In this document: one piece after another, positions 1 to 10,963 of the stretch
Layout of the letters: every line of letters begins with the position of its first letter
Position numbering within the stretch: the first letter of the stretch is position 1
The notes under the pieces: model-generated
What the model saw: the letters and a program-made list of their open reading frames with translations, nothing else
Database searches by the model: none
What the model was told of the DNA's origin: nothing
DNA from: Williopsis jadinii
Lineage: Eukaryota
DNA: 64,000 nt
Assembly: GCA_024346625.1 (NCBI GenBank)
Contig: AP024668.1
Span: 310,001-374,000 of the forward strand
Direction of reading: 5' to 3'
Position numbers and translations under genes: made by a program

Positions 1-1042
1 CGACAGTTGAAGCCTCAGAGCTGTTGAGCAAGGCTGGATCCACTTTTTGGATAGTGTGGTGTTTTCCATCTCTTGTGTGTTGCTGCAAAAGCTGGTATCT
101 AGTCAACTTGATGAAGTCACAGACGGTCTTTGTCACCCTTGATGGCATCTCTGCAAAGATCAGATGGTTTGTGTTGAAAGTGGACATTGTGTAGTTAGGG
201 AAGTGCTCAGCGTATGCCTTCTCACCTTCCTTAGTGATGAATGCAGACTTCAAACCTTTAACCACTTTAACTGGCCCTTCGAACTTGAGACCTTTAACTT
301 CTTCAGCTGGCCAGTCGGAAATGTCATCGATAACGTCCTTGTTAAAGTGGCTGATTGGCATTTGAACGCTGATGAGATCTGTATGTCCTGGGATGTGGGA
401 AGACTTCTTGTTAAGAACGTTTCTCAACAGATACTGAACGATAGAAGCATCTGGAATGTATTTACTCATAACTGCACGTGCCTTTTCTCTCCAGTTCTTA
501 TCAGTAGCTTTGATATGGGCAGAATCAATCAAAGCGGTCATGGCCTTGAGGAACACTTTCAAGTACACCTTAACTTGAGGGGTTTCAATTGGTGCATTGC
601 CGATGATGACCCCAGAGTTGACCAGTTTGGGATGCTTGAGCATGGTCAAGAGACCAACCTTTGCACCAAGAGAATAACCAACAATGCTAACTCTCTTCAG
701 ATCATGCTCTTCACAGAAATCGACAACGTCCTTGCTTAACTGGCTATAGTTAACCAGGGGGAAACAGTGTTCACTTTCACCGTGGTTTCTAAAATCGATG
801 GCATAAACCGGAGTATGCGTGGTGTTTGCAATGGTTTGGCAGATATCGCCGTAGTTCTTCTTTGAACCAAACACTCCGTGTAAGAACACGATTGGTTCGT
901 GCGATCTAATTGTCAAGTTTGGAGTCACAGTCTTGTTTGGCATGTGAAGTTTATAAGCCAATGACACTTTAGTCTTTGTTGGAAGTGGCAATAGTGGTGC
1001 CTTTGTGACGGCCTTAGACCAGAGTTGCTTGGTGATTTGCAT
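1..1042 (-). CDS. EAT1: Eat1-family alpha/beta hydrolase (ethanol acetyltransferase-like), 3' end runs off the window
   Basis: Not in the ORF track; translated by hand from ATG at 1042: MQITKQLWSKAVTKAPLLPLPTKTKVSLAYKLHMPNKTVTPNLTIRSHEPIVFLHGVFGSKKNY...VYAIDFRNHGES...IVGYSLGAKV...FNTNHLIFAEMP. Has the GYSLG nucleophile elbow and a basic, presequence-like N-terminus. Confidence 0.85.
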   Translation of the reverse strand, partial: MQITKQLWSKAVTKAPLLPLPTKTKVSLAYKLHMPNKTVTPNLTIRSHEPIVFLHGVFGSKKNYGDICQTIANTTHTPVYAIDFRNHGESEHCFPLVNYSQLSKDVVDFCEEHDLKRVSIVGYSLGAKVGLLTMLKHPKLVNSGVIIGNAPIETPQVKVYLKVFLKAMTALIDSAHIKATDKNWREKARAVMSKYIPDASIVQYLLRNVLNKKSSHIPGHTDLISVQMPISHFNKDVIDDISDWPAEEVKGLKFEGPVKVVKGLKSAFITKEGEKAYAEHFPNYTMSTFNTNHLIFAEMPSRVTKTVCDFIKLTRYQLLQQHTRDGKHHTIQKVDPALLNSSEASTV

Positions 1043-1679
1043 GATGTTGGGGGATGTACTGCTCTAAAACCACTTATAGCTCCTATCTCATGCAAGACAC
1101 AAGAGGTTCTTCCGCTATATATATATATAATTTCTATATCCACCTAGCAGCCTACAACCTTTCCCGACACGTAAAACCTATCTGTCGCATCGCACATGCT
1201 CATATTCCAGACCCCAATATCGCCAATTCCATATATCGGCTTTGTTATTTTGGAAACACCTTGCTGTAAATTCCCTTTATGTCTAATGCTTGATGTACGG
1301 GCAATCTGATTCCGCGCGAGAATAAGCACTAGCGTGAAAATTTTTGTCTGCTAGCCCCTACGTAGCGGATGGTGGCCTCTTTCTACCGACACCTCTCCAG
1401 TGTCTATAGCCCCTAACCCAATGCTATTAAAAGAACATTCTCCTATGTATGCAACTGTGGTTGAAGTGCTTGATCTCATTGTTTACCAAACCATCTTTGA
1501 TCGCTTCTTCTGTGAGCCTATTAACCTGGAAAGAGCCTGCGGTGTTAAAGACAAGAAAAAAATGTATTGCATGAAGCCCCCCACGCAATCGCTCCCACGT
1601 ACTTTTGCGTGTTCGCTTTCGTAGGTGCCCTTGGTCTTATCTCCAGTGGCTTTTTTAGTGCTTTGGAGCCTAGACTCTT

Positions 1680-1721
1680 CTAGAGGAGCCCAGCTAGAGG
1701 AGCCCAGCTAAAGGAGCCTAG
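1680..1721. repeat. 14-bp tandem repeat (CTAGAGGAGCCCAG) x3, third copy degenerate
   Basis: ctagaggagcccag ctagaggagcccag ctaaaggagcctag read directly. Confidence 0.85.
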
Positions 1722-1901
1722 TTAAGTGGCAGGTCGTACGGCTATAAACTTTAGATAGATGTTTGGGGACGATGCGGAGGCTGTAGGGTGTGCGAAATGG
1801 CAGTGCATCTAAAGCCGATATTCATTTATGTGTGAGGATGTCTACAATATGCCGTTAAGTTTCGCTTTGCAATTAACATCTCTTGTATACCCTTGCATTG
1901 T

Positions 1902-3209
1902 TCAAAACTCCATGGATTTCTTAGCATCGTCGTCACCTTCGTCCTCGACTGGAATTCCCCATTCTTCAATCTCAAACTTCTTTCTGCCGTTCTTGAATGC
2001 ATACTCGTTGACAGTAACCTTCATCTGTCCTCGTTCGCTTGCGTGGGCAATTTTATAGACGTGAACCAGTCCGTGTGATACCTTTGTAGGTTGGTTATGG
2101 TATGCTTTCTCCAAAAACCTTGTCATCTCCTGGTTGAAAGGCTCTAAATGTATCACTGAGTCTGTCAAGCTTTCCAACAGCTTCACCAGTGCACTACTTC
2201 TTGGGTATAAATCCAGCGCAAGGGTGACCATTATACATAGTTTGTCAAACTTCCTCGTAAGCGATCTCAGTCCATGTGCGAATTGTAATGCCTCATGGCT
2301 CGAGGTGAGCTGTGGTGGATACATTGATGGGTTCAAGAAGGATGGTATTAACAATCTGATAACTTTCCCTTGGTGTTGCATAATAACGTGTTCGATGTTC
2401 TTCAAGATGGACTTGAAATTCGAGCTAATCTGTATTGTAGTCAATTCGTTTGTCCCTGGGCCAGGTGACAATCTACTTGTAATGTCGAATTGATGGTTGT
2501 AGTCCTTGTACAATACGTTATTATCGCCATGCGACTGTGTCTGCGCCTTGTTCTGGTCGTTCAAGCCGTATCTCCATGCAATCTTCAAGTCCTTAGATCT
2601 GGCACCATGGCTATCGCCTGTAATCAAGTTCTGAACAGAGAGCTTGTTCTCATTCTCCTGGACCCTCTGTTTCTTTATATCCCTTGAAGAGCCTTTGAAA
2701 ACACCTGGCAACTCCTTCGTCCAATGTTGATTTGAAGTTAGCAATATGATATGTGTATTACTAATTTGGGGGTCCAGTCTGTTGTGAACAATACCTTGAG
2801 ATACAAACACCTTTGAAAGAACGTTTGCAAAATCAGTGGTGCCTGATTCTTCAACAAGTATGGATGAGCCTAGGGGAATCCCCTGATGCTCCAGTATCTT
2901 ATCTAGATCATTACACCCAGATGACGTGACACTCTGGGTGTTCAGCAGAGACGGCTTGACACCAGCGTGCTTGGTAACCTCGGGCTTAGTGCTAAGTTGT
3001 CGTAGACCTCGATTCAGCGATTCCGTCCCTCTTATGAAGGGAGAACGGCCAGGCACAGCACCAGGGACTCTTCCAGGTACACTCCCTGGTACACTCCCAG
3101 GCGCACCCACTGCTCCACCAGGCTGTCTCAATGGAATGCCTCGTATTGGCTGGCCACTGATGGGTGTCCTACCTGTGACAAATGGACTATTTCTTCTTCT
3201 TTCTTCCAT
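1902..3209 (-). CDS. ELP4: Elongator complex subunit Elp4
   Basis: 435 aa; TSSGCNDLDKILEHQGIPLGSSILVEESGTTDF, DLKIAWRYG and FKNGRKKFEIEEWGIPV motifs. Confidence 0.93.
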   Translation of the reverse strand: MEERRRNSPFVTGRTPISGQPIRGIPLRQPGGAVGAPGSVPGSVPGRVPGAVPGRSPFIRGTESLNRGLRQLSTKPEVTKHAGVKPSLLNTQSVTSSGCNDLDKILEHQGIPLGSSILVEESGTTDFANVLSKVFVSQGIVHNRLDPQISNTHIILLTSNQHWTKELPGVFKGSSRDIKKQRVQENENKLSVQNLITGDSHGARSKDLKIAWRYGLNDQNKAQTQSHGDNNVLYKDYNHQFDITSRLSPGPGTNELTTIQISSNFKSILKNIEHVIMQHQGKVIRLLIPSFLNPSMYPPQLTSSHEALQFAHGLRSLTRKFDKLCIMVTLALDLYPRSSALVKLLESLTDSVIHLEPFNQEMTRFLEKAYHNQPTKVSHGLVHVYKIAHASERGQMKVTVNEYAFKNGRKKFEIEEWGIPVEDEGDDDAKKSMEF

Positions 3210-3464
3210 GCTTTATGGGCTTAACCTCCAACTTTCAACCTCCAAAAGTACTGAGTTATGTCCCGAAATTTTTCACTCGTATACAGAGCCAAAAAAAAAG
3301 CCCAATTCCGATGCTCATCGATTCGTCCAGAACAGGAAATTAATTCCGATCTATTGTGGCAAGGAAAAGCAAACCATTTTTTCTCTACAAACTCCTTCGA
3401 AGGCTTACCCGTTTGTTTACAATTCATCAGCTTCAAAACAACATCACTGGCGGCTAAGCACAAG

Positions 3465-5942
3465 ATGGAGGACAAGGAAGACAACAAGACGGTATTTGGT
3501 GATGCCGAGCAGATGACATACCACGACGGTGTGCTTGAAGGGTCGACTGTCTACGACGGAGAGTCAGGTTCAGGGTATAAGTCCAGTGGCATTAGCGGAC
3601 ACAAGCGAACCGCGTCATCGGATCGTCGTTTGACGTCGCAGGTGTCGCAGTTGCAGTATAACAACAACCGTGTTGCCTTGGACAGATCTATCACGGGTGT
3701 TGTGGACTTGCTGGATCAATTACAGTCGGAGAACAAGCAGAGACCGCTGTTCTATCCGACGTCTGCTACCCCATCTTCGATGTTGAACAGTAAGAAGGCG
3801 CACTTGGCACTGATTCGGAAGAACAGCATGAAGACTGCGATGAAGCAACCGGAGGACGAAAGTGTGTCCGGGGATTCTGAGGAGCTAGAGGATAACCATT
3901 TGAAGATTCTCAAGCTGAATATCAAATTGGACCATAACTCACACTTCTCCAACTTGGATAAGAGCGCAATTGCACAGATTTTGGATGATAAGATTACGCA
4001 AGTTTCAAAGCATCTGCTCTCAATAAAGGAGAGGATCGATGACACCTCCTCAAAGGTGTTTGTCACGGGTGACTTGAACTCGGGTAAGTCCACTTTTTGC
4101 AATGCATTGCTAAGACGTAAAGTCCTGCCGGAAGATCAACAGCCATGCACCACTGTGTTCTGCGAGGTGGTAGACTCCAGGGAGAACAACGGGATTGAAG
4201 AGGTGCATGCGGTGCCTATTGGTGTTGAGTACGATATTAAGAATGAGACTACTTATGAAATTTTCACTTTGAAAGATTTGGAAAGATTGGTTGGTGAATG
4301 CGACAAGTATTCTATACTCAAGGTTTACGTCACTGATAAAAGAGCAGTTCAAGATAGCTTACTACGGAATGGTGTTGTCGACATTGCATTGATCGATGCT
4401 CCGGGACTTAATTTGGATTCGTATCAAACCACAGAGGTTTTTTCAAGACAAGAGGAGATTGATCTTGTTGTCTTTGTTTTGAGTGCAGAAAACCAGTTTA
4501 CACTCTCTGCAAAGGAATTCATTGCCGCTGCTGCAAATGAGAAGAATCTGATCTTTATTGTCGTCAACAGATTTGATAGCATCAAAGATAAACAGAAATG
4601 TATGAATAGAGTCTTGGAACAAGTTCAACAGCTATCACCTGAAACGTACAAAGATGCATCACAATTTGTACATTTCGTCTCTTCAAATGCAATTGTCGAC
4701 GGTTTACCAGATGATGATGACGATGGAAATGGCAATGGAAGTGGAGAAGGAAGCTCTCATGATCGTGACAATGAGCCACATCCAGATTTTGACCATTTGG
4801 AGGAGAGTTTGCGTAATTTTGTTTTGAAGAAGAGAGCATACTCAAAGCTTCAACCGGCAAAGACATATTTGATCAACTTGTTTGACGATATTGAAGAATT
4901 ATCATCAATCAATCAGAAATTATACCTCAACGATAAGACGGAAATGTCGAAGAAATTGGATGAAATCTCACCAATATATGAGGAGAGTCTTGTTCAATCC
5001 GTGAAGATTAATGAAAAGATCGAAGCCATCATTGAGGAAACTTCCCACGATGTTTATTCCAATACCAAAGAGAGCATTTACAAGACTTTGAATACTGTTG
5101 GTGACCATCCGGTTGTTACATACCCGGGTATTTTGCATTTGCCTGAATATGTCTTTGATACCCAAGAGGCTATTAAGAAGAACATTTTAGACTCTGTCAA
5201 TGAAGCAGAACAGTATGCAAGAAGACAGACCTCTAATGCTGTTGAAAACATCAACACCTTGGCTAAGGACATACTAAAGGATGATTATAAGGATGAAAAG
5301 ATATTTAGAGATGACTTCATGTTCACCAGAAGAAAAGATTCGTTAACAAGACAAATTGAAGCACCTCTCTCCGTCTTTGACTTCATTGATCCTTCGCTAG
5401 AAGGATTTTTGGCGTCATTGGGGTTCACCAAGAAGACCACAGATCAAGTGACAATTTGGAAAAACTCTGCAATGTCCATTGGAGTCTTTGCGTTATCACG
5501 TGCCATGTCAACTGGAAGAGTCGTTCACAACGTGTTCCAGTATGGATCTTTCTTCTCTCTGAGAACACTTCAATACCTTGCCATTCCAGTGATCATTGGT
5601 GTTGGTGTTGTTGGTATCAATTACCTTGTAAGCGACATTCCAAACGCCCTTCCAAGGAAACTAGCTTTGAAAATCAAATACCAGGTGCAAGAGATGGATT
5701 ATCCTCATCAGAACTCCGAAAGAATCGCCAAGGAGTGTCGTAAAGTTTTGAAGTATCCAGCTAGGGATGTTCAAAGCGCATTCCAATCGTGTTTGGATAA
5801 ACACTATGTCGAGAGAGAGAAATTGCTAAAGGACATCAAGGGATGTGATGTTGCATCCGCCTTCTTTGGTAAGCTCTTGAAGAAAGCTGTTGATCAGAGA
5901 AACCTCATCTCCTCGCTAGATTTGGAGACTCCACAATTGTGA
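3465..5942 (+). CDS. FZO1: Mitofusin, dynamin-related GTPase
   Basis: GTPase motifs TGDLNSGKST, LPEDQQPCT, DAPG, VNRFD; hydrophobic segment near the C-terminus; start taken at MEDKED (3465) although the ORF opens at 3258. Confidence 0.93.
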   Translation: MEDKEDNKTVFGDAEQMTYHDGVLEGSTVYDGESGSGYKSSGISGHKRTASSDRRLTSQVSQLQYNNNRVALDRSITGVVDLLDQLQSENKQRPLFYPTSATPSSMLNSKKAHLALIRKNSMKTAMKQPEDESVSGDSEELEDNHLKILKLNIKLDHNSHFSNLDKSAIAQILDDKITQVSKHLLSIKERIDDTSSKVFVTGDLNSGKSTFCNALLRRKVLPEDQQPCTTVFCEVVDSRENNGIEEVHAVPIGVEYDIKNETTYEIFTLKDLERLVGECDKYSILKVYVTDKRAVQDSLLRNGVVDIALIDAPGLNLDSYQTTEVFSRQEEIDLVVFVLSAENQFTLSAKEFIAAAANEKNLIFIVVNRFDSIKDKQKCMNRVLEQVQQLSPETYKDASQFVHFVSSNAIVDGLPDDDDDGNGNGSGEGSSHDRDNEPHPDFDHLEESLRNFVLKKRAYSKLQPAKTYLINLFDDIEELSSINQKLYLNDKTEMSKKLDEISPIYEESLVQSVKINEKIEAIIEETSHDVYSNTKESIYKTLNTVGDHPVVTYPGILHLPEYVFDTQEAIKKNILDSVNEAEQYARRQTSNAVENINTLAKDILKDDYKDEKIFRDDFMFTRRKDSLTRQIEAPLSVFDFIDPSLEGFLASLGFTKKTTDQVTIWKNSAMSIGVFALSRAMSTGRVVHNVFQYGSFFSLRTLQYLAIPVIIGVGVVGINYLVSDIPNALPRKLALKIKYQVQEMDYPHQNSERIAKECRKVLKYPARDVQSAFQSCLDKHYVEREKLLKDIKGCDVASAFFGKLLKKAVDQRNLISSLDLETPQL

Positions 5943-6814
5943 ACTTCCCTGTATATATTAGCCCACACACATTCTCACAAATGAAAACGAAAAGAAGCAA
6001 AATGAAGATATTGATAATTTATGAAGATATTAATATTTATAAAGGTATTAATATTTATGATTTTATGCCTTTGGTTTTTTGTTCTTGTCGCTGGCTACAA
6101 TTCATGAAAACATCCGCCATTGAATTGCAGACAAATGGACACCTTTGTTTCTGGACATGTAACCTTCTGTACATCACCATCGGCTTTTGCATCCTTTGCT
6201 GTGTCCCCATGGTACCATCTCTAAGCTGAACTTGATGTCCCCATTGTCATAACAGGATCCAACACCTTTGGACAAGACTACATTTCTGTGAACTTGAGGT
6301 ATCAGATACCTATCACCTCTCCCCATACTCACCTGAAATCACCAATCGCTCCCTTACTAACATCCTTTTCTTTCTAAATCCTCAACCCATATCTCTCTTG
6401 TAACTCTCTCCCCATGCAGGTATACCCGCCTACTTGGAACCCTACCCCTTTCCCATGGCTTGTGGAGACACCGAGCGGACAAAAAGCCCTCTGGCCAGAC
6501 GTGAGGTTTTCTTTAGGTTTTCATTTTCTGCAGCCTTGCGTCCACCGGTGAACAAACTCAACTCAAAGTTCACTTTACCCAGCTCTGTTTGTCTTAACGG
6601 TGCAATTAACAAGAAACCCATAAATTTGCCAGTTGAAATTACATTGACCAGCTGGGGGAGAAAGAGGGAAAAAAAGACCATCCGGTGTGAAGCAACCGTG
6701 AGCTATATACACCTGTGTGTGGAGTGTTTTTTTTTTAATCTAGGAAACCGAGAGAAAGGCATAGCTGAGTGAAGTTTATTGGCGTTGAGCCTGTGGACGA
6801 AAAGATTGCTTCTT

Positions 6815-8431
6815 ATGGTGTCATTACTTGACCTGCCCTTGGAAGTGTGGGAGAACGTTGTTTCCTCCATATCTATCCGAGACCTCTTGTCGCTGTGTTG
6901 CGTCAATCGCATAACGAATCGGATGCTCACCAGCGACGATATCTGGAAACCGTTGGTAGCGACGAGGTGGTTCGTGACGGAAGACGTCGACTGGACATCG
7001 TTCCATGGTATTGTGAACTACATGCAGTACTACAAGAGAAGACATTTGCTTGATACAAGAGTGGAAAAAATCATACAGAGTGAGAGTTTCACGCTGGAAC
7101 AGGGATGGAGGCTGATAGCCATTGGTGGGGAACTTGTGCCTCTGATGCTGAGGATGAGAAAGAACTCCGACAACTTGTATACGCGATACGTTGCAACTTC
7201 GATACTTGAAGCGATAAGACGAATCCAGGCCATTAAGTCCATGGTTGAACTATTGGAGAGACCGATAGGGGAGCTTGTTCATGAATCGCTATACGATAGA
7301 CTGTCCCTCTTGGATAGAGCGTACGATCGAATTGCTCCTTACAGAACAGCAATGATCAAAAATATAGTGGGGAGGGTTAGACGTGACCCTAGGCTGATTG
7401 ACTGTGTCTCTTCTACAGAGGTTGTGCTGTTGATAATAGAGGCCATATGTAAAGAGCTACACAGTGTTGTTGACGAAAGGACGTATTTACAGGAATCGCT
7501 TGATAACATTTCTATTCAAAGACATTACGCTGGTGAAGTTGGTGCCAGTGGTATGATAAAGTATGCCATCATTGGTGGATTGGCTGACAAGTTCAACATC
7601 AAATGTGATCTCTGCAATACGTTTCTCATAGTGAAAGATCCGTATTTTGAAGGGGGCAAGTCTTACATATCGTTAAAGTCTGGCACGTTCCAACCAAGTG
7701 TCTACTCAGTCAGAGAAATATACCCTGCTGTCTTGAGATCTAATCCAAGAGAGCCGCAGCGGGCATTGCAGTCGTTGATCCGACCTTGGACTGCAAAGAT
7801 GGCCATCGAGGCACTTATTGAATTCCAACAAACTGATTCAATCGTGCGTGAGGCAACGATGAGAGAGCGTATTGTTGACTATGAGGCGATCTATCCGAGA
7901 TCCAAGATTCACGTCATGACTGGAACTTGTGACTACTACGCAAATTGTTTCCACGAATACTACAAGTCAAGGGTCGATACGATTCTCCTCGTCGAGATGG
8001 CTCGTAGGTTCCCCTTTGATGCTTTATTCTTTGAAGAGTTTTTCAAAGATCATAGTGAAGTTGATTTCAAACAAATTGCTCTAGGAAGCTATCTACAGCC
8101 TAATTTTGACGGAGAATTCGTTAACATCTGTCCCGGTACCCCGTTCAAGTTGGGACAAGTTGTTAAACACGTTTCGGGTGTTATCTCTGTAATCGTTGGA
8201 GCATATACACTAATCACTGAAGGGTCTCAAACCACAAGGATCTTTTATCGGTTGCTGAACGGACTTGATGTTAGCGGCGCACGGATTGAACTGTTGCAAC
8301 AAATCCCACATTCTAAACTACAAGCATTAATGAATTTTTACGACATTGGCATATATTTTACACATTTTGACGAAGAAAGATCGTTATTCGTCCCACATGA
8401 ACGGCTCAAAGTTGCATATGACTGGTTGTGA
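6815..8431 (+). CDS. F-box protein with probable C-terminal YccV-like domain (FBXO21-like architecture)
   Basis: N-terminal F-box LLDLPLEVWENVVSSISIRDLLSLCCVNR; C-terminal FKLGQVVKH..G...VIVG...YFTHFDEERSLFVP resembles YccV/HspQ-like domains. Confidence 0.65.
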   Translation: MVSLLDLPLEVWENVVSSISIRDLLSLCCVNRITNRMLTSDDIWKPLVATRWFVTEDVDWTSFHGIVNYMQYYKRRHLLDTRVEKIIQSESFTLEQGWRLIAIGGELVPLMLRMRKNSDNLYTRYVATSILEAIRRIQAIKSMVELLERPIGELVHESLYDRLSLLDRAYDRIAPYRTAMIKNIVGRVRRDPRLIDCVSSTEVVLLIIEAICKELHSVVDERTYLQESLDNISIQRHYAGEVGASGMIKYAIIGGLADKFNIKCDLCNTFLIVKDPYFEGGKSYISLKSGTFQPSVYSVREIYPAVLRSNPREPQRALQSLIRPWTAKMAIEALIEFQQTDSIVREATMRERIVDYEAIYPRSKIHVMTGTCDYYANCFHEYYKSRVDTILLVEMARRFPFDALFFEEFFKDHSEVDFKQIALGSYLQPNFDGEFVNICPGTPFKLGQVVKHVSGVISVIVGAYTLITEGSQTTRIFYRLLNGLDVSGARIELLQQIPHSKLQALMNFYDIGIYFTHFDEERSLFVPHERLKVAYDWL

Positions 8432-9455
8432 TCCGTGAAGACACTTTGGCAACCTCAACTTTGGTGTGTTTTCTGTATTGGTTGTCCCCATTACATGGAC
8501 AGGAGAAAGGGGAAAGGAACGGGGAGGGAAGAAAAGAGGCGATGGTTTTGTAATAGTGTTTGTGTTATATAAAGTGCTCAATTGTACTTGGTAATTGGTT
8601 ATACATAGCGTACATATAGCAGAATACAGGTTTTACAGATTTCACAGCTACTGAATGGTGTTGAACTGGCTGGCATGTGTTTTCCGGAGTAAGGTACGCT
8701 CAGTGGAATTGGCCACTTGACAAATATAAACTGTATCAATTATTGGAGGTAATGTTTGTTATAACACAGGTTCTGTATCGGGTTTCGCTATAATGAAAGG
8801 CATTATATATTGAGAAACTGAATAAATTTGGAGTTTTTTCAATATTTTCATCATTTATACTGAATATTGGAAAGAAAAAAGAGACCATAAAATTTAGCAA
8901 GAGAGTATTAATTTAAATTGAAGCCGATCAATTATTGGAATCTTTCTAAACTGTGATAACATAGTGTGATATGTATAGACTATCAAGATGTTGATATCTC
9001 TGCTGTATCACTCCACGAGGTATTAGTTGAGTTAATGAAGACTCCAACAACGGTCTTAGAGAGATGTCTTTTGTACAGAAATGTGTCATCTTAAACCCGG
9101 ACACCACATATATTATAATGGGGATGGGCTTCTCCCTCTTTTCCTCCAACCAATTGCCATGATTGATGGTGTAAGCTAGCAACGTACCCTCTTACGTTTA
9201 ACCAGTGCTGTGTCGACGAAGCCACGATTCTCATCCCACAAGATTGCCTGGGGATCAGTGGTGATCTCCATTATACCTACAGCCATATCTACGCAATAAC
9301 GATGATAAAACCAACTTTTCTTAAAAAAACAGAAACCCATAACTATATTATAAAAGAAACCCCATAAAGACATTAGAAAACCCAAGAAATCCAAACAAAA
9401 GACAGTACAAAGAACCTTTCTCTATTTGCAGCCCAGTCATCAAGATGATAAAACC

Positions 9456-9848
9456 TCACAACTCTTGAGAAGCCTTGGCCTTGGAGGCCTTCTTTGGCAA
9501 CAAGCTTTGGTGAATGTTTGGCAAGACACCACCCTGAGCAATGGTGACATGGCCCAACAACTTGTTCAACTCCTCATCGTTTCTGATGGCCAATTGCAAG
9601 TGTCTTGGAATGATACGGGTCTTCTTGTTATCACGTGCAGCGTTACCAGCCAACTCCAAGATCTCAGCAGCCAAATACTCCAAAACAGCAGTCAAATACA
9701 CTGGTGCACCAGAACCGACTCTTTGTGCGTAGTTACCCTTTCTGAGCAAACGGTGGACTCTACCAACTGGGAAAGTCAAACCTGCCTTTGCAGAACGTGA
9801 TTGAGAAGCCTTTTCAGCAGAACCAGCTTTACCTTTACCTCCAGACAT
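9456..9848 (-). CDS. HTA1: Histone H2A
   Basis: [23 protein letters not shown]-terminal SQEL phosphorylation motif. Confidence 0.99.
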   Translation of the reverse strand: MSGGKGKAGSAEKASQSRSAKAGLTFPVGRVHRLLRKGNYAQRVGSGAPVYLTAVLEYLAAEILELAGNAARDNKKTRIIPRHLQLAIRNDEELNKLLGHVTIAQGGVLPNIHQSLLPKKASKAKASQEL

Positions 9849-10408
9849 GATGTTGTTATTGTTAATGTGTTGTTAGAATCGACAATAGTTATTACTGTTT
9901 CCACCACTCCAAGAACAATTGAGGGAAGTGAAGGCCCTTTTATACATCCATTGCAAGTGAAGCGGACTGCCCACGGACAGGCTCCGTGAACCGTGGGCCC
10001 CGTAAACCCTGGGCAGAGAACGCGGTGAAGGCCTCTCTTCGAAGTGCTCAGTTTATACTGCGTACTGATATTTACGCAGGTATTTTGGCAGGAGGTGCGT
10101 GTAAATTTCAGTCTGGGAGTTGCCGTCGAATTCCCAGCGTACTGACAATTACACGTAGGCAGTAGTAACTCCCAACAACAGATTCTGAAATTTACACTAG
10201 CTCCAATAGATAACAACTCCCAGCGCCCAGCGAAAATGTCGTCACGCTGGGACTTGCTCCCCTTTGTTTACATTTGTTTACCACCTAACCGCCAGCGGCT
10301 AATTCCCGTCTTTGTATATAAAGGCCACCACAGAACCGTCACAAATTCATCATCATCACCATGAACTGCAACAACTGCAAGTTGAAGTAAACAAAGAAGA
10401 CACACAAG

Positions 10409-10804
10409 ATGGCACCAAAAGCTGAAAAGAAACCTGCATCCAAAGCTCCAGCTGAGAAGAAGCCAGCTGCTAAGAAGACCGCATCCTCTTCTGAAGGTCC
10501 AAAGAAGAGAACCAAGGCTAGAAAAGAGACATATGCTTCCTACATCTACAAGGTGTTGAAGCAGACACACCCAGACACCGGTATTTCGCAGAAGGCTATG
10601 TCAATTATGAACTCGTTCGTCAATGATATCTTTGAGAGAATTGCCTCTGAGGCCTCGAAGTTGGCTGCCTACAACAAGAAGTCCACCATTTCTGCCCGTG
10701 AAATCCAAACCGCCGTTAGATTGATCCTTCCTGGTGAATTGGCCAAGCACGCGGTTTCTGAGGGTACGAGAGCAGTCACAAAGTACTCTTCCTCCACTGC
10801 TTAA
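10409..10804 (+). CDS. HTB1: Histone H2B, divergent from H2A
   Basis: [39 protein letters not shown]-like TATATAAAGG at ~10315. Confidence 0.99.
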   Translation: MAPKAEKKPASKAPAEKKPAAKKTASSSEGPKKRTKARKETYASYIYKVLKQTHPDTGISQKAMSIMNSFVNDIFERIASEASKLAAYNKKSTISAREIQTAVRLILPGELAKHAVSEGTRAVTKYSSSTA

Positions 10805-10963
10805 TGAACTCTTTTGCTTTACATTCTGGGGCTTTTTCTTCTCTTCCTAGTTCTCGGGTATTTGTCTTTGGTTTTTTGATATATATACGTGCAATAATTT
10901 GGTATATACGGGGGTTTATATAATGATGGAACGTTTTATTTGAAAAGTGCACTAGTAGGTGGT

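Noticed and set aside
164..739. 191-aa plus-strand ORF
   Set aside because: Antisense shadow of the Eat1-family gene; no recognisable motifs
8740..8960. AT-rich tract near the histone pair as a replication origin
   Set aside because: Plausible but supported only by base composition; no species-specific consensus available
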